Assembly (NCBI GenBank): GCA_964473365.1
Contig: CAYYOV010000007.1
Coordinates: 5,015 to 69,014 of the forward strand
Direction of reading: 5' to 3'
DNA length: 64,000 nt
From: an uncultured Ignavibacteriaceae bacterium
Lineage (GTDB): Bacteria; Bacteroidota; Ignavibacteria; UBA10030
Shown: positions 35,293 to 44,494 of the stretch, in pieces
Position numbering within the stretch: position 1 is the first letter of the stretch
Layout: every line of letters begins with the position of its first letter
Position numbers and translations under genes: made by a program
The notes under the pieces: model-generated
Database searches by the model: none
What the model was told of the DNA's origin: nothing
Seen by the model: only the letters and a program-made list of their open reading frames with translations

Positions 35293-37133
35293 GAGGACTC
35301 CCCTCGCAATCGGCGGATCCTGAGGCGCACCTCTTCGCTGAACAGCGAATGCGGGAACGTTTCCAGAAAGAGCTCAAAGATCTTCAGGGCGCCGGCGTGA
35401 TCGTTCAGCAATCGTTCCGTCACATCGCCGGCACGGAACAGGGCCCGATCGCGTAGCATGCTCGTGGTGCGTTCGTCGACGAATCGCCTGTAGATGGCAA
35501 CCGCCTCCGCGGGGCGATTCAACAGCACCAACAGGTCTCCCGTTTGGACCAGAGCGTCGTCGGAGATCAGCGATGCTGGATTGTCGGCCGCGACCTTCTG
35601 GAATTGCGCGAGCGCTTCGGCATACTTCCGCTGTCGCTGCAGTAGCTCCGCGCGCAAGAACCCATTGAGCGCTGGAAGCGTTGCGCGATGTTCCTGCAAA
35701 AAGATCTGGAGGCTGATCGCGTCGTTGGCCAGGTCGCGGTCGACGGCGCTCGCGAGTGGTCCAAGTATAGCGACGGCGGTGTCGATGCGTCCTTCGTACG
35801 CCGCGAGTCGTGCCTGTTGAAATGTCACGCGGTCGCGGACGTCGGCTGGGGCAGAAGTTGGGATCGACTGGAGTGACGCGGCAGCACCGTTCAGGTCGTT
35901 TCGTGCGATCTGCACCTCCGCCGCCCGCAGGTGTGCTTCGAAGGCCATCCCTCCGGCTCGCGGGATTCGCGCCACGTCTTGGAATGCTTTCAGGGCCCCG
36001 TCCAAGTCGAACGTGCGCTCGAACGCCACCACGCCGATCCGGAACAGCGCCTGGACCGCCACATCAGAGCCTGGCGCGTCGCGGACGATCTCGCGATACA
36101 GCAAAACAGCAGCGTCGAGCGAGGGGAATGTTTCTGCTGCGGATGTGGAGCTGCTTGCCGTTTTCCGGGATGACGACGAATCGCGAACCGCCAGCTCTTC
36201 CATTGCCCGCGCGAACCCAAGCCGGGATTGCAGCACCAGGGGACCCGATGGTCCTCGGGCGATCGCCGCGCGGAATGCTTCCGCTGCCGTCTGGTGCGCC
36301 GATTCACGGAGACAGCGCTGCGCGAAGTTGTAGAGTTCTACCCCCGAAGCATTTGAGAGGCTGTCGATGACACGGTATTGCCGCAGGGCTTCTGGATAGT
36401 CCGATTGCTCGACCGCGAGCCACGCCATAAGACTGCGGACGGGAACATCGCCCGGGGTCTTTTCGATGGCCGCCTCAACGGCGGAGCGAGCGCTTCGCAG
36501 GCCATCGTCCCGCATGGTGAATGATGCGATGCGTGATTGGATATACCCCAGCTGATGCGGGGCGGACCGCAATAGCCGAAGATATTCCTCGACCGCCTTG
36601 CCGTAGTCTTGTGTGGCGGAATGCAGGAGGGCGAGCTCCTCGACAAAGTCGTTCGGATTCTTTGTACGTGTGCGGCCTGTTTCGTACGTGCGGATGGCGC
36701 GGTCGTAGAGGCGCCGTTCCTGCATCTGCTGAGCCAGTACGACGATCAGCTGTCGATTGCCTCCGGCCGATCGCAACGAGACATCCCAAAGCGAGTCGGC
36801 ACGGTGAAGGTCGCCAGAGTCGTACGCAAGGCCCCCTAGCTGAACCAGGAGGAAGATCTCCGCTGGTCGTTGTGCGAGTCGCCGCTCGACCAACGCCGTC
36901 GCCTTGCCGTATTCTTTCAGTTGAACGTATGCCCGACGGAGGCCGTCGAACATCATGAAGTTCAGGGAGTCGACTCGAACGAGATCCTCGTAGATGACGG
37001 CCGCCTTGGCCCAGTCTCCGGCCTGCTCGAGTGATTGGGCCAACTGAAGGCGGCGCACCGTCTCCTGGTCCTGCGAGGCGAGTCGGGGAGCGACGATGCA
37101 TGACAACGCGAGGATGGAGATGAGCTGGCGCAT
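35289..37133 (-). CDS. Tetratricopeptide-repeat (TPR) protein with an N-terminal signal peptide
   Basis: Signal peptide from ATG 37133 (MRQLISILALSCIVAPRLASQ), then >10 TPR-like helical pairs (recurring W-LG-Y-A-F-P patterns). The longer ORF start at 37298 lacks a signal peptide and overlaps the dxr leader. Confidence 0.6.
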   Translation of the reverse strand: MRQLISILALSCIVAPRLASQDQETVRRLQLAQSLEQAGDWAKAAVIYEDLVRVDSLNFMMFDGLRRAYVQLKEYGKATALVERRLAQRPAEIFLLVQLGGLAYDSGDLHRADSLWDVSLRSAGGNRQLIVVLAQQMQERRLYDRAIRTYETGRTRTKNPNDFVEELALLHSATQDYGKAVEEYLRLLRSAPHQLGYIQSRIASFTMRDDGLRSARSAVEAAIEKTPGDVPVRSLMAWLAVEQSDYPEALRQYRVIDSLSNASGVELYNFAQRCLRESAHQTAAEAFRAAIARGPSGPLVLQSRLGFARAMEELAVRDSSSSRKTASSSTSAAETFPSLDAAVLLYREIVRDAPGSDVAVQALFRIGVVAFERTFDLDGALKAFQDVARIPRAGGMAFEAHLRAAEVQIARNDLNGAAASLQSIPTSAPADVRDRVTFQQARLAAYEGRIDTAVAILGPLASAVDRDLANDAISLQIFLQEHRATLPALNGFLRAELLQRQRKYAEALAQFQKVAADNPASLISDDALVQTGDLLVLLNRPAEAVAIYRRFVDERTTSMLRDRALFRAGDVTERLLNDHAGALKIFELFLETFPHSLFSEEVRLRIRRLRGESS

Positions 37134-37257
37134 GTGGGGTGAATATATCAAAAAGACGCAGGGGTGTCCATCGACGTTCCCGTTGCCTTGATTCCCCTGT
37201 GGTTCCATGGTACATTGCTTGAACTCGTTCGGCCCCGCGGGCCGATTTTTTTTCGGC

Positions 37258-38430
37258 ATGCCTTCTTCCCCACAACATATCGCTCTCCTTGGTGCCACCG
37301 GTTCGATCGGGAGGAACAGCCTTGAGGTCCTCCGCGCTCACCCCGACCGGTTCCGGGTGACGGCCCTCACCACGAACCGCAACATCGATGAGCTCGAAGC
37401 ACAGGTGAAGGAATTCCATCCGAAGGCTGTTGTCGTGCTCGACCCGGGCCGGGCCGAGACGCTCCGTGCTCGCTTGGGCGACAGCACACAGGTCTTGAGC
37501 GGCGAGGCTGGGCTCGAGGCGGTGGTCCGGCGGGATGATGTCGATGTCGTGATCTCCTCGCTTGTTGGCTTCGCCGGTGTCCGGCCGACAGCCGAGGCCA
37601 TCCGGCACCGCAAGCGGATCGCCCTGGCGAACAAGGAAACGCTTGTCGCCGCCGGCGCGTTCATCACGGCGCTCGTGCGCGAGTATGGCGTCGAATTGCT
37701 GCCGATCGACAGCGAGCACAGCGCCATCCTGCAGTGTTTGGCCGGCGAGGACCCGGCCCGCGTCGCACGTCTGATCTTGACCGCCTCGGGAGGGCCCTTC
37801 CGAACGACACCACCGGAGGCATTATCTCGTGTCACGGTGGAGCAGGCCCTGCAGCATCCCAACTGGAGCATGGGTAACAAGATCACGATCGACTCCGCGA
37901 CGCTCATGAATAAAGGGCTGGAAGTGATCGAAGCGCATTGGCTCTTCGGGCTGCCGGCCGACCGCATCGACGTGGTGGTGCATCCGCAGTCCATCATCCA
38001 CTCCATGGTTGAATTTGTCGACGGATCGGTCAAGGCCCAGCTTGGACTGCCCGACATGAAGCTTCCGATCCAGTACGCGTTGACGCATCCCGACCGTCTG
38101 CCGATGAATGGCGGACGGGTCTCGTTCCCGCGCTTGGAGCAGATGACGTTCTTTGAGCCCGACCGGCGCCGATTTCCCTGTCTTGACCTGGCGTACGAGG
38201 CGCTCCGCTCGGGCGGGACGCTTCCGGCGGTGCTGAATGCTGCAAACGAAGTGGCGGTGGCTGGATTCCTCGATCGGGCTCTGACCTTTGACCGTATTGC
38301 CGACGTCATCCGTCGGACGATGGAACAGCATCACCCTGTGGCAGCACCCGACCTCGATGACATCATCGAGGCCGACCGATGGGCTCGCCGGACGGCCCAC
38401 GCGGCAGCCGGAACGAGCGCAACGGGATAG
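37258..38430 (+). CDS. dxr: 1-deoxy-D-xylulose 5-phosphate reductoisomerase
   Basis: IALLGATGSIGRNSLEV NADPH motif, plus LANKETLV, DSEHSA and the NKGLEVIEAHWLF signatures. Confidence 0.9.
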   Translation: MPSSPQHIALLGATGSIGRNSLEVLRAHPDRFRVTALTTNRNIDELEAQVKEFHPKAVVVLDPGRAETLRARLGDSTQVLSGEAGLEAVVRRDDVDVVISSLVGFAGVRPTAEAIRHRKRIALANKETLVAAGAFITALVREYGVELLPIDSEHSAILQCLAGEDPARVARLILTASGGPFRTTPPEALSRVTVEQALQHPNWSMGNKITIDSATLMNKGLEVIEAHWLFGLPADRIDVVVHPQSIIHSMVEFVDGSVKAQLGLPDMKLPIQYALTHPDRLPMNGGRVSFPRLEQMTFFEPDRRRFPCLDLAYEALRSGGTLPAVLNAANEVAVAGFLDRALTFDRIADVIRRTMEQHHPVAAPDLDDIIEADRWARRTAHAAAGTSATG

Positions 38431-38480
38431 TTGTTCATCTATATCGAGCACGTCATAACACTCTCACACATAACACTCGC

Positions 38481-39794
38481 ATGGAATTCCTGAGCACCGT
38501 CTTCTATTTCATCGTCACGATCGGCATCCTCGTCTTCATCCATGAGTTCGGGCACTTTGCAGCCGCGAAATTCTTTGGGATGCGCGTTGAGCGTTTCAGC
38601 ATCGGTTTTCCGCCGCGCGCGTTCGGCCGGCAGATTGGTGAAACGGATTACTGTGTCTCCTGGGTCCCCATCGGCGGCTACGTCAAGATCGCCGGCATGA
38701 TCGATGAAAGCCTCGACACGGAACACTTGAATCGGGAACCGGAGCCCTGGGAATTCCGGGCGAAGCCGATCTGGCAGCGATCCATCGTCATGGCGGCCGG
38801 GGTTATCATGAACCTCGTCCTCGCCGTCGTGATCTTCTGGGGGATCATCTACGCACAAGGACGCGTGGTCCGACCTGTGACGGAGATCGGATATGTGGTT
38901 CCAGGAAGTCCGGCAGAGAAGGCTGGTCTGCGGACGAGCGACCACATCCGGTCGATCAACGACACCCCTGTGACGCAATGGGACGAGATCGAAAGCAAGA
39001 TCTACGCTGAAACGGTCGGACAGGATGTCGTCATCCGTGTTGAGCGGGACGGGGTTCCGGTCTCTGTCGAGATCCGCCGACTGGATCTTCCGGAGCTCAC
39101 AGAAGAGCGCTTTGGGATCTATCCTGCCGGGCTTGTTCCGGTCGTTGCCTCGGTACAAGGTGGTCTGCCGGGTGAAGCACTTGGTCTCGCCCCGGGAGAC
39201 ACCATCATCACCGTCAATGGTGTGCGGGTATCGTACGCCGCGTTGCCCCCCGCGATCCGCGGAAATGCAGGACGCGAGATGATGCTGGGATGGAAGCGTG
39301 GCGACAGTGTCTTCGCACAAGCCGTGACACCCACGACAGACGGCGTCATCGGGGTGACGCTCATGGCAGCGTATCAGGGTCCTATTGTGCGCGAGGACTA
39401 TTCGTTGCTTGCCGCCTTTCCCGTGAGTGTCCGAGAGGTCTGGTTCACGAGCGGACTCTTCTTCCGAAACATCTGGCAGATCGTCGCCGGCGAGGCATCC
39501 TTCTCGAAGTCGATCGGCGGCCCGGTGCGTATCGCCCAGATGGCGAATCGATCGGCCGAGAGCGGCCTCGTCAGTTTCTTTGGATTCGTTGCGTTACTCA
39601 GCATCAGCCTGGCGCTGCTGAACATCCTGCCCTTCCCGGCGTTGGATGGTGGTCACCTTCTCTTTCTCAGCTACGAGGCCGTCTTCCGTCGCGAGATACC
39701 GGCGCGCATCAAGATCGCCCTCCAGCAAGCGGGCATGCTGCTCTTACTTGTCTTTATGGCGTTTGTGCTCTATAATGACCTATTGCACTTCTGA
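38481..39794 (+). CDS. rseP: RIP site-2 zinc metalloprotease RseP (M50 family) with a PDZ domain
   Basis: HEFGHF zinc motif in TM1, internal PDZ (GSPAEKAGLRTSDHIRSIND) and the C-terminal LDGG motif (LPFPALDGGHL). Confidence 0.85.
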   Translation: MEFLSTVFYFIVTIGILVFIHEFGHFAAAKFFGMRVERFSIGFPPRAFGRQIGETDYCVSWVPIGGYVKIAGMIDESLDTEHLNREPEPWEFRAKPIWQRSIVMAAGVIMNLVLAVVIFWGIIYAQGRVVRPVTEIGYVVPGSPAEKAGLRTSDHIRSINDTPVTQWDEIESKIYAETVGQDVVIRVERDGVPVSVEIRRLDLPELTEERFGIYPAGLVPVVASVQGGLPGEALGLAPGDTIITVNGVRVSYAALPPAIRGNAGREMMLGWKRGDSVFAQAVTPTTDGVIGVTLMAAYQGPIVREDYSLLAAFPVSVREVWFTSGLFFRNIWQIVAGEASFSKSIGGPVRIAQMANRSAESGLVSFFGFVALLSISLALLNILPFPALDGGHLLFLSYEAVFRREIPARIKIALQQAGMLLLLVFMAFVLYNDLLHF

Positions 39795-39905
39795 CGGACC
39801 CGTAACCCTCCTTGTGACATCCGTCATACCTGCGGAATTGACCTGGCGGTATGTTGATTGGTAGCAGCCTGAATTTTCATTTCCCCCTTTGAGGAGATCC
39901 GCGCC

Positions 39906-41075
39906 ATGAACGCGATCAAACGGAACCGTCTGTTATTGGTGCTGGCGGCCATGCTGGTGCTGGGGAGCGGGATCGTTGTTGCCCAGACGGGCCGTCTGGA
40001 ATTGAATGTGCCTAACTTCGACGTGTTCACGCCGACCGACTGGATCGAAGCCACCACGTTCACATTGAAAGAGAGCATCCCGGCAGGGATCTCCGGCACG
40101 ATCATCACGAGCCAGCCCATGGAGGTCTACCTCCGTGGTACGGTCTACAAGCAGGCAACTGGCGACTCGAGGCCGATGGAGCTGGCTTCCTTCTACATTA
40201 TCAGACGTACGCCGATCCGCACTGTGAGCCCGTCCGGTACTGGCGAGGCTCGCTATGAAATGACCGTTGGCGCGCTCTCTCGAGGATCGGAATTCGACGT
40301 TTCGTACACCGAGGTCAAGTCCGAGATCGACAAGTTGAAGGACCAGCTGAAGACCGGTATCGCCTCTATGACGGGCAAGTTCACGCTCGACATCGCCCTC
40401 CTCTCTGGTGATCCTGTAACCGGCACTCAGCTCGACCGTATCGTGCGGGTCTTCGACATACCTTTCTCGACCGCGACCCAAGCCAAGATCATCGTTCAGG
40501 TAGACCCTGTCGTCACCGTCCCGAATCCAACGTTCACGGTGATCCTGCCGGCCGAACGACCTCAGATGGAATATGAAGTAGCCGTGTACCGGGTCGAAGA
40601 CAATCCGCGCGATGCCGTCCAGAACGGCCGTCCGGTATGGCGTGAGCGCGTGACAGACGGCCGGACTATTCTCGTCTACTCCCAGACCGCCACGCCGCTC
40701 GTTCAGGGCGCTCGGTATGTCGTCGCCGGCAAGTCGTTCATTCAATCGAGCTCAAGTCGTGACAGGATCAGCGTTGAAGCAGATCTTGTTGTATTCCGCT
40801 ATGGCCAGACTGCCGGCAGCACCGCCGGCGGCGGCGACGCGAACACGGGCGGACAGGACGCCAATCGTCCCGACCCGCTCATCACGGTCTTTGGAAGTGC
40901 CGCCACACAGGTCCCGCCGCGGCTTGCCCAGCAATTGACGGCCGTTATGCGGCGTCTGGAGGAACGCGGTTGGACCTTTACGCAAGCCCGCTACAACAAC
41001 AAGCTGATCTCACCAGCGGAATTATTGCAGGTGCTGGATCAGTTTGCGGGTGCGACGGTTACGGTCGTTGAATAA
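39906..41075 (+). CDS. Hypothetical secreted protein (389 aa)
   Basis: Signal peptide (MNAIKRNRLLLVLAAMLVLGSGIVVAQ). No recognised domain. It lies immediately downstream of rseP. Confidence 0.45.
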   Translation: MNAIKRNRLLLVLAAMLVLGSGIVVAQTGRLELNVPNFDVFTPTDWIEATTFTLKESIPAGISGTIITSQPMEVYLRGTVYKQATGDSRPMELASFYIIRRTPIRTVSPSGTGEARYEMTVGALSRGSEFDVSYTEVKSEIDKLKDQLKTGIASMTGKFTLDIALLSGDPVTGTQLDRIVRVFDIPFSTATQAKIIVQVDPVVTVPNPTFTVILPAERPQMEYEVAVYRVEDNPRDAVQNGRPVWRERVTDGRTILVYSQTATPLVQGARYVVAGKSFIQSSSSRDRISVEADLVVFRYGQTAGSTAGGGDANTGGQDANRPDPLITVFGSAATQVPPRLAQQLTAVMRRLEERGWTFTQARYNNKLISPAELLQVLDQFAGATVTVVE

Positions 41076-41103
41076 TCCGACTTTGGACGAGAGGAGCCGA
41101 GCT

Positions 41104-41817
41104 ATGAATCTGCGGAAAATGGTGATCTTTGCGGCCGTTGCCGCCCTGGTGCTGTCGAGTATGGCCCTGGTGCCACAGCAAGACACGCGTGATATTCAGG
41201 CGGTCGTCGTCAAGGTCGTTCGAGATGTTTCGAAGAAATCCGGAACGACGGGCTGGCAGAAGGCCGTCCCTGCGGACCGGCTGCGTTCTGGCTACCAGCT
41301 CCGGACTGACGACAAGTCGCTCGCGATGGTCATGTTCCCCGACCAAAGCAAGCTGATCATTCGCGCTAAGTCGATCGTCGAGATCAAGGGGCAGAAGCAG
41401 GACAAGCAGATCGTCGACAGGAGCGTCCACGTGGAGCGCGGTCGTCTGGCGTTCAACGTGAAGAAGCAGGAACGGGAGCAGTTCCGTTTCTCGTCGCCTA
41501 TTTCGGTCGCCTCGATCCGGGGAACCGAGGGCGGTGTGGATCATGCGCCGATCGACACGACCAGTACGTTCGTGTGCACGCAGGGCGCCTTTGATGTCGA
41601 CGGTTTTCCACTTGTCGCCGGACAGACCTATCAGAAGCGAGGCTCGGGTCAGGGGAACGTCAGGAATTCGAGCAACCGCGACAACAACATCGCGAACCAA
41701 AGCGAAGAAGTGACCGACGATGACGGCGATGGCAGCCAGGGTGGTCAGCAGAAGAATCGTCTCGAGTTGATCGGACGCGACGCCAGCGGCAAGGAGATCA
41801 AGGTTCGGATCGAATAG
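41104..41817 (+). CDS. FecR-domain protein (periplasmic FecR-like domain after a signal peptide or signal anchor)
   Basis: ATG at 41104 with AGGAG upstream. A hydrophobic N-terminus, then a FecR-like beta-sandwich pattern (VVKVVRDV...LRTDDKSLAMVMFPDQSKLIIRAKSIVEI...). There is no cytoplasmic anti-sigma domain. Confidence 0.55.
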   Translation: MNLRKMVIFAAVAALVLSSMALVPQQDTRDIQAVVVKVVRDVSKKSGTTGWQKAVPADRLRSGYQLRTDDKSLAMVMFPDQSKLIIRAKSIVEIKGQKQDKQIVDRSVHVERGRLAFNVKKQEREQFRFSSPISVASIRGTEGGVDHAPIDTTSTFVCTQGAFDVDGFPLVAGQTYQKRGSGQGNVRNSSNRDNNIANQSEEVTDDDGDGSQGGQQKNRLELIGRDASGKEIKVRIE

Positions 41818-41939
41818 ATCGGCTTGCATCCGGCAGCGTCATTTCCTACATTGAGCGGCGAATCGTGCGATTCGCCGTTTCTTTTTATACCCGGGTCCGC
41901 GGCTCCATCCCCCCTTCCCACATGGTGCAGGTGATCCTC

Positions 41940-44363
41940 ATGCGTGCGGTTCGGTTCGGTGGTGCGGCATTCGCAATGCTCTTGATGATGGCCTCGTCTG
42001 GCTTCGCCCAGGTCTCTTCGTATGTGAGCCGGGTTGACGCCCCCGCTGCCACTCAGGGCACTGCTGCTGCGATTGGCGTGGAGCTGCTTCCCTCTGTCGA
42101 GGCCCGCCGTGTCTGGCTGCGGTATCGCGGCTTTGGTGTCACAGAGTTCAGCGAGATCGAAATGCTCCAGGCTGGACGTTCGTATACCGCTTCGTTGCCA
42201 GGAGGCGAGGTCCAACCGCCCTATTTGCAGTACTACTTCGCTATTGAGCTTCCGAATGGGTCGATTGCGACCTACCCTGAGAGCGGCGCAGACCTCAACC
42301 CGTTGCAGCTGAGCGTACAACAGGTCGACCCGCGAGAAGGAGAGGTACGTATTCTGAGCCCCGAACCCGGTGAGACGGTCGCCGCAGAGGAGTTCGTGCT
42401 CGCTGTTTCGCTCTACTTTGCGACTCCCGCTGTTTCTCCAAGCCGGACCCGCATCTTTGTTGACGGAACGGATGTATCGCAAGAGGCCGTCCTGTCTGAC
42501 GATATCATCCTCTGGTCTCCCGCCAATTCAAGTCTTCCGATGAAGCTAGGCGCCCGCAATGTGCGGGTCGAGCTCCGCGATACGTCGGGAAACCCGTATT
42601 TCTCGAAGTCGCTCAGTTTCAACCTATCGACGGCGGCGGCAATTTCTGAGGTTGAATCACAGTTCCGAGCTGAGGGAGACGTTCGGGCCGAATACCGGAA
42701 CGAACAAACGGCAAACTCCCTGACTTTCGCCCGCATCGACGCCCGAGCGAACGGTTCCTACACCTTCCTGAATTTTGGTACCACGCTGCGGATCGACAAC
42801 CTGGAAAGCCCACAGCGCCAGCCGCAGAACCGGTATTCGTTCTATGTTGATGCTGACTATGCGCGACTGGAGGTCGGTGATGCGTACCCGAAATTCCCAT
42901 CGCTCATGATGCTCGGCAAGCGCGTACGGGGCATCACCGGTGCGGTCAGGCTGGGGTTCTTCAACCTTGACGTGTCCTTCGGAGAGACCGACCGAAACAT
43001 CAACGGAACCTTCCTCGCCGACACCGTCTTTGCCGACACGAACGGCGTCCGCAACAGACCTGACAATACTCTCCCTACGGGAGCGTCCTATTTTGCCTAT
43101 GAGCTGTTCAACCCCGGTACCTACAAGCGAGATTTTGTCGGTGTTCGTCCTTCGTTCGGCTCGGGTGAGAATTTTCAACTGGGCTTCACCTACCTGAAAT
43201 TCAAGGATGACATGTCGTCGATCCGCTACGGGATCCAGCCAAAGGAGAATCTAGTCGTCGGAACCGACCTTGCCCTCGGATTTGATGACCAGCGGATCCG
43301 TTGGGAAACACAAGTCGCGGTCGGACTCCAAAACAAGGACATCTCGGGAGGAAACTTCTCGGATGCCGACTACGACTCGCTCGCGGCGCAGGGGAACGAT
43401 GTGAAGGACCTCGGGAAGCTTGCTCAGCAGTTCATCACGGTGAACGAGAACCTCGAGCCGCTGAATCCAGGCGGCACGGGACTTCCCGGTATCGCGATGG
43501 AGAGCTTCCTGACGCTGAACTATTTTAACAACTACGTCCGGGCCCAGTATATCCGGCGCGGTACGGCCTTCAAGACATTCGGGAACGAGTTCCAGCAATC
43601 CGACATTCAGGGCTTTGTCGTGTCGGACAATATCCGGCTCTTCAGCAATCGGTTGTTCGCCAGTATTTCCTACGAAGCAAAGTCGGACAACCTGTCGAAA
43701 TCTAAGGCCAGCACCACAGACTACAACAATATCATCACCGCGCTGACCTATAGCCCGGGTGCAAAGTATCCGACGTTGCAGGTCGGTTTCGCCACCGGAA
43801 CCCGCGCCAGCGATCGGGAGATCTTCACGCCCGATTCGAGCCGTCGGTCGAAGGGGGCTGACGACCAGACGAACCGAATCACGTTCGGTGCCTCGTATGA
43901 CCTGAACGTTGGTTTCCGGAACTTCATCGCCCTGAGCGTCAATCTGGTAGACCGCTCGGACAACACGATCTACCGCCGCGATCAGGCCAGTACGTTCCTC
44001 AACGCTTCGGTCACGTCCTTCTTCACGGAGATCCCGCTCCAAACGACCATCAGCCTGCTCACAAGTAATACGACCAGCCAGAGTCAACTCTTCGCCTTCT
44101 CTGGAGCTGATAGCGCCCTCGCGAAAAATGATTTTGCGTACACCGCGCTCGGCGTATCGGCACAATATCGCCTGATGGAGGACAACCTCCGGCTCGTGGC
44201 CCAAGTGACCCCCACGTTCGGAGATCTCGAGCGTACCGTCTTGCGGCTCGGTGGCGACTATACCTATCAGGCCCATTCGTTCGAGTTGTACTTCGACTAC
44301 TTCAAGAATTCGCTGATCGCCAACGACCGGATCCTGTCGTTCGTGTACCGGTATAACTTCTGA
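41940..44363 (+). CDS. Large (~808 aa) outer membrane beta-barrel protein with an N-terminal ~220-aa beta-sandwich-like region; family unknown
   Basis: Signal peptide (MRAVRFGGAAFAMLLMMASSGFAQ). The long C-terminal region has alternating hydrophobic/aromatic dyads and a terminal YRYNF, the usual OMP C-terminal signature. There is no TonB box or plug, and no POTRA-like repeats. Confidence 0.5.
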   Translation: MRAVRFGGAAFAMLLMMASSGFAQVSSYVSRVDAPAATQGTAAAIGVELLPSVEARRVWLRYRGFGVTEFSEIEMLQAGRSYTASLPGGEVQPPYLQYYFAIELPNGSIATYPESGADLNPLQLSVQQVDPREGEVRILSPEPGETVAAEEFVLAVSLYFATPAVSPSRTRIFVDGTDVSQEAVLSDDIILWSPANSSLPMKLGARNVRVELRDTSGNPYFSKSLSFNLSTAAAISEVESQFRAEGDVRAEYRNEQTANSLTFARIDARANGSYTFLNFGTTLRIDNLESPQRQPQNRYSFYVDADYARLEVGDAYPKFPSLMMLGKRVRGITGAVRLGFFNLDVSFGETDRNINGTFLADTVFADTNGVRNRPDNTLPTGASYFAYELFNPGTYKRDFVGVRPSFGSGENFQLGFTYLKFKDDMSSIRYGIQPKENLVVGTDLALGFDDQRIRWETQVAVGLQNKDISGGNFSDADYDSLAAQGNDVKDLGKLAQQFITVNENLEPLNPGGTGLPGIAMESFLTLNYFNNYVRAQYIRRGTAFKTFGNEFQQSDIQGFVVSDNIRLFSNRLFASISYEAKSDNLSKSKASTTDYNNIITALTYSPGAKYPTLQVGFATGTRASDREIFTPDSSRRSKGADDQTNRITFGASYDLNVGFRNFIALSVNLVDRSDNTIYRRDQASTFLNASVTSFFTEIPLQTTISLLTSNTTSQSQLFAFSGADSALAKNDFAYTALGVSAQYRLMEDNLRLVAQVTPTFGDLERTVLRLGGDYTYQAHSFELYFDYFKNSLIANDRILSFVYRYNF

Positions 44364-44494
44364 CGACGGCGCATCGCGCCGGTGTCATCGGGGTCTCCGG
44401 TGACCCTCCACTGATCATCCACTGACCCGGTGGAACGGACCGTCTTGAGGCGGGCTTCGGCCCCCTTGAGGCGCTCCTCCTCCCCCACCCGCCT

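Noticed and set aside
41940-44363. Considered calling the 808-aa OMP BamA because of its position after rseP and its C-terminal aromatic residue
   Set aside because: No POTRA-like repeats at the N-terminus and no recognisable Omp85 C-terminal motif block. Left as an unknown-family barrel.
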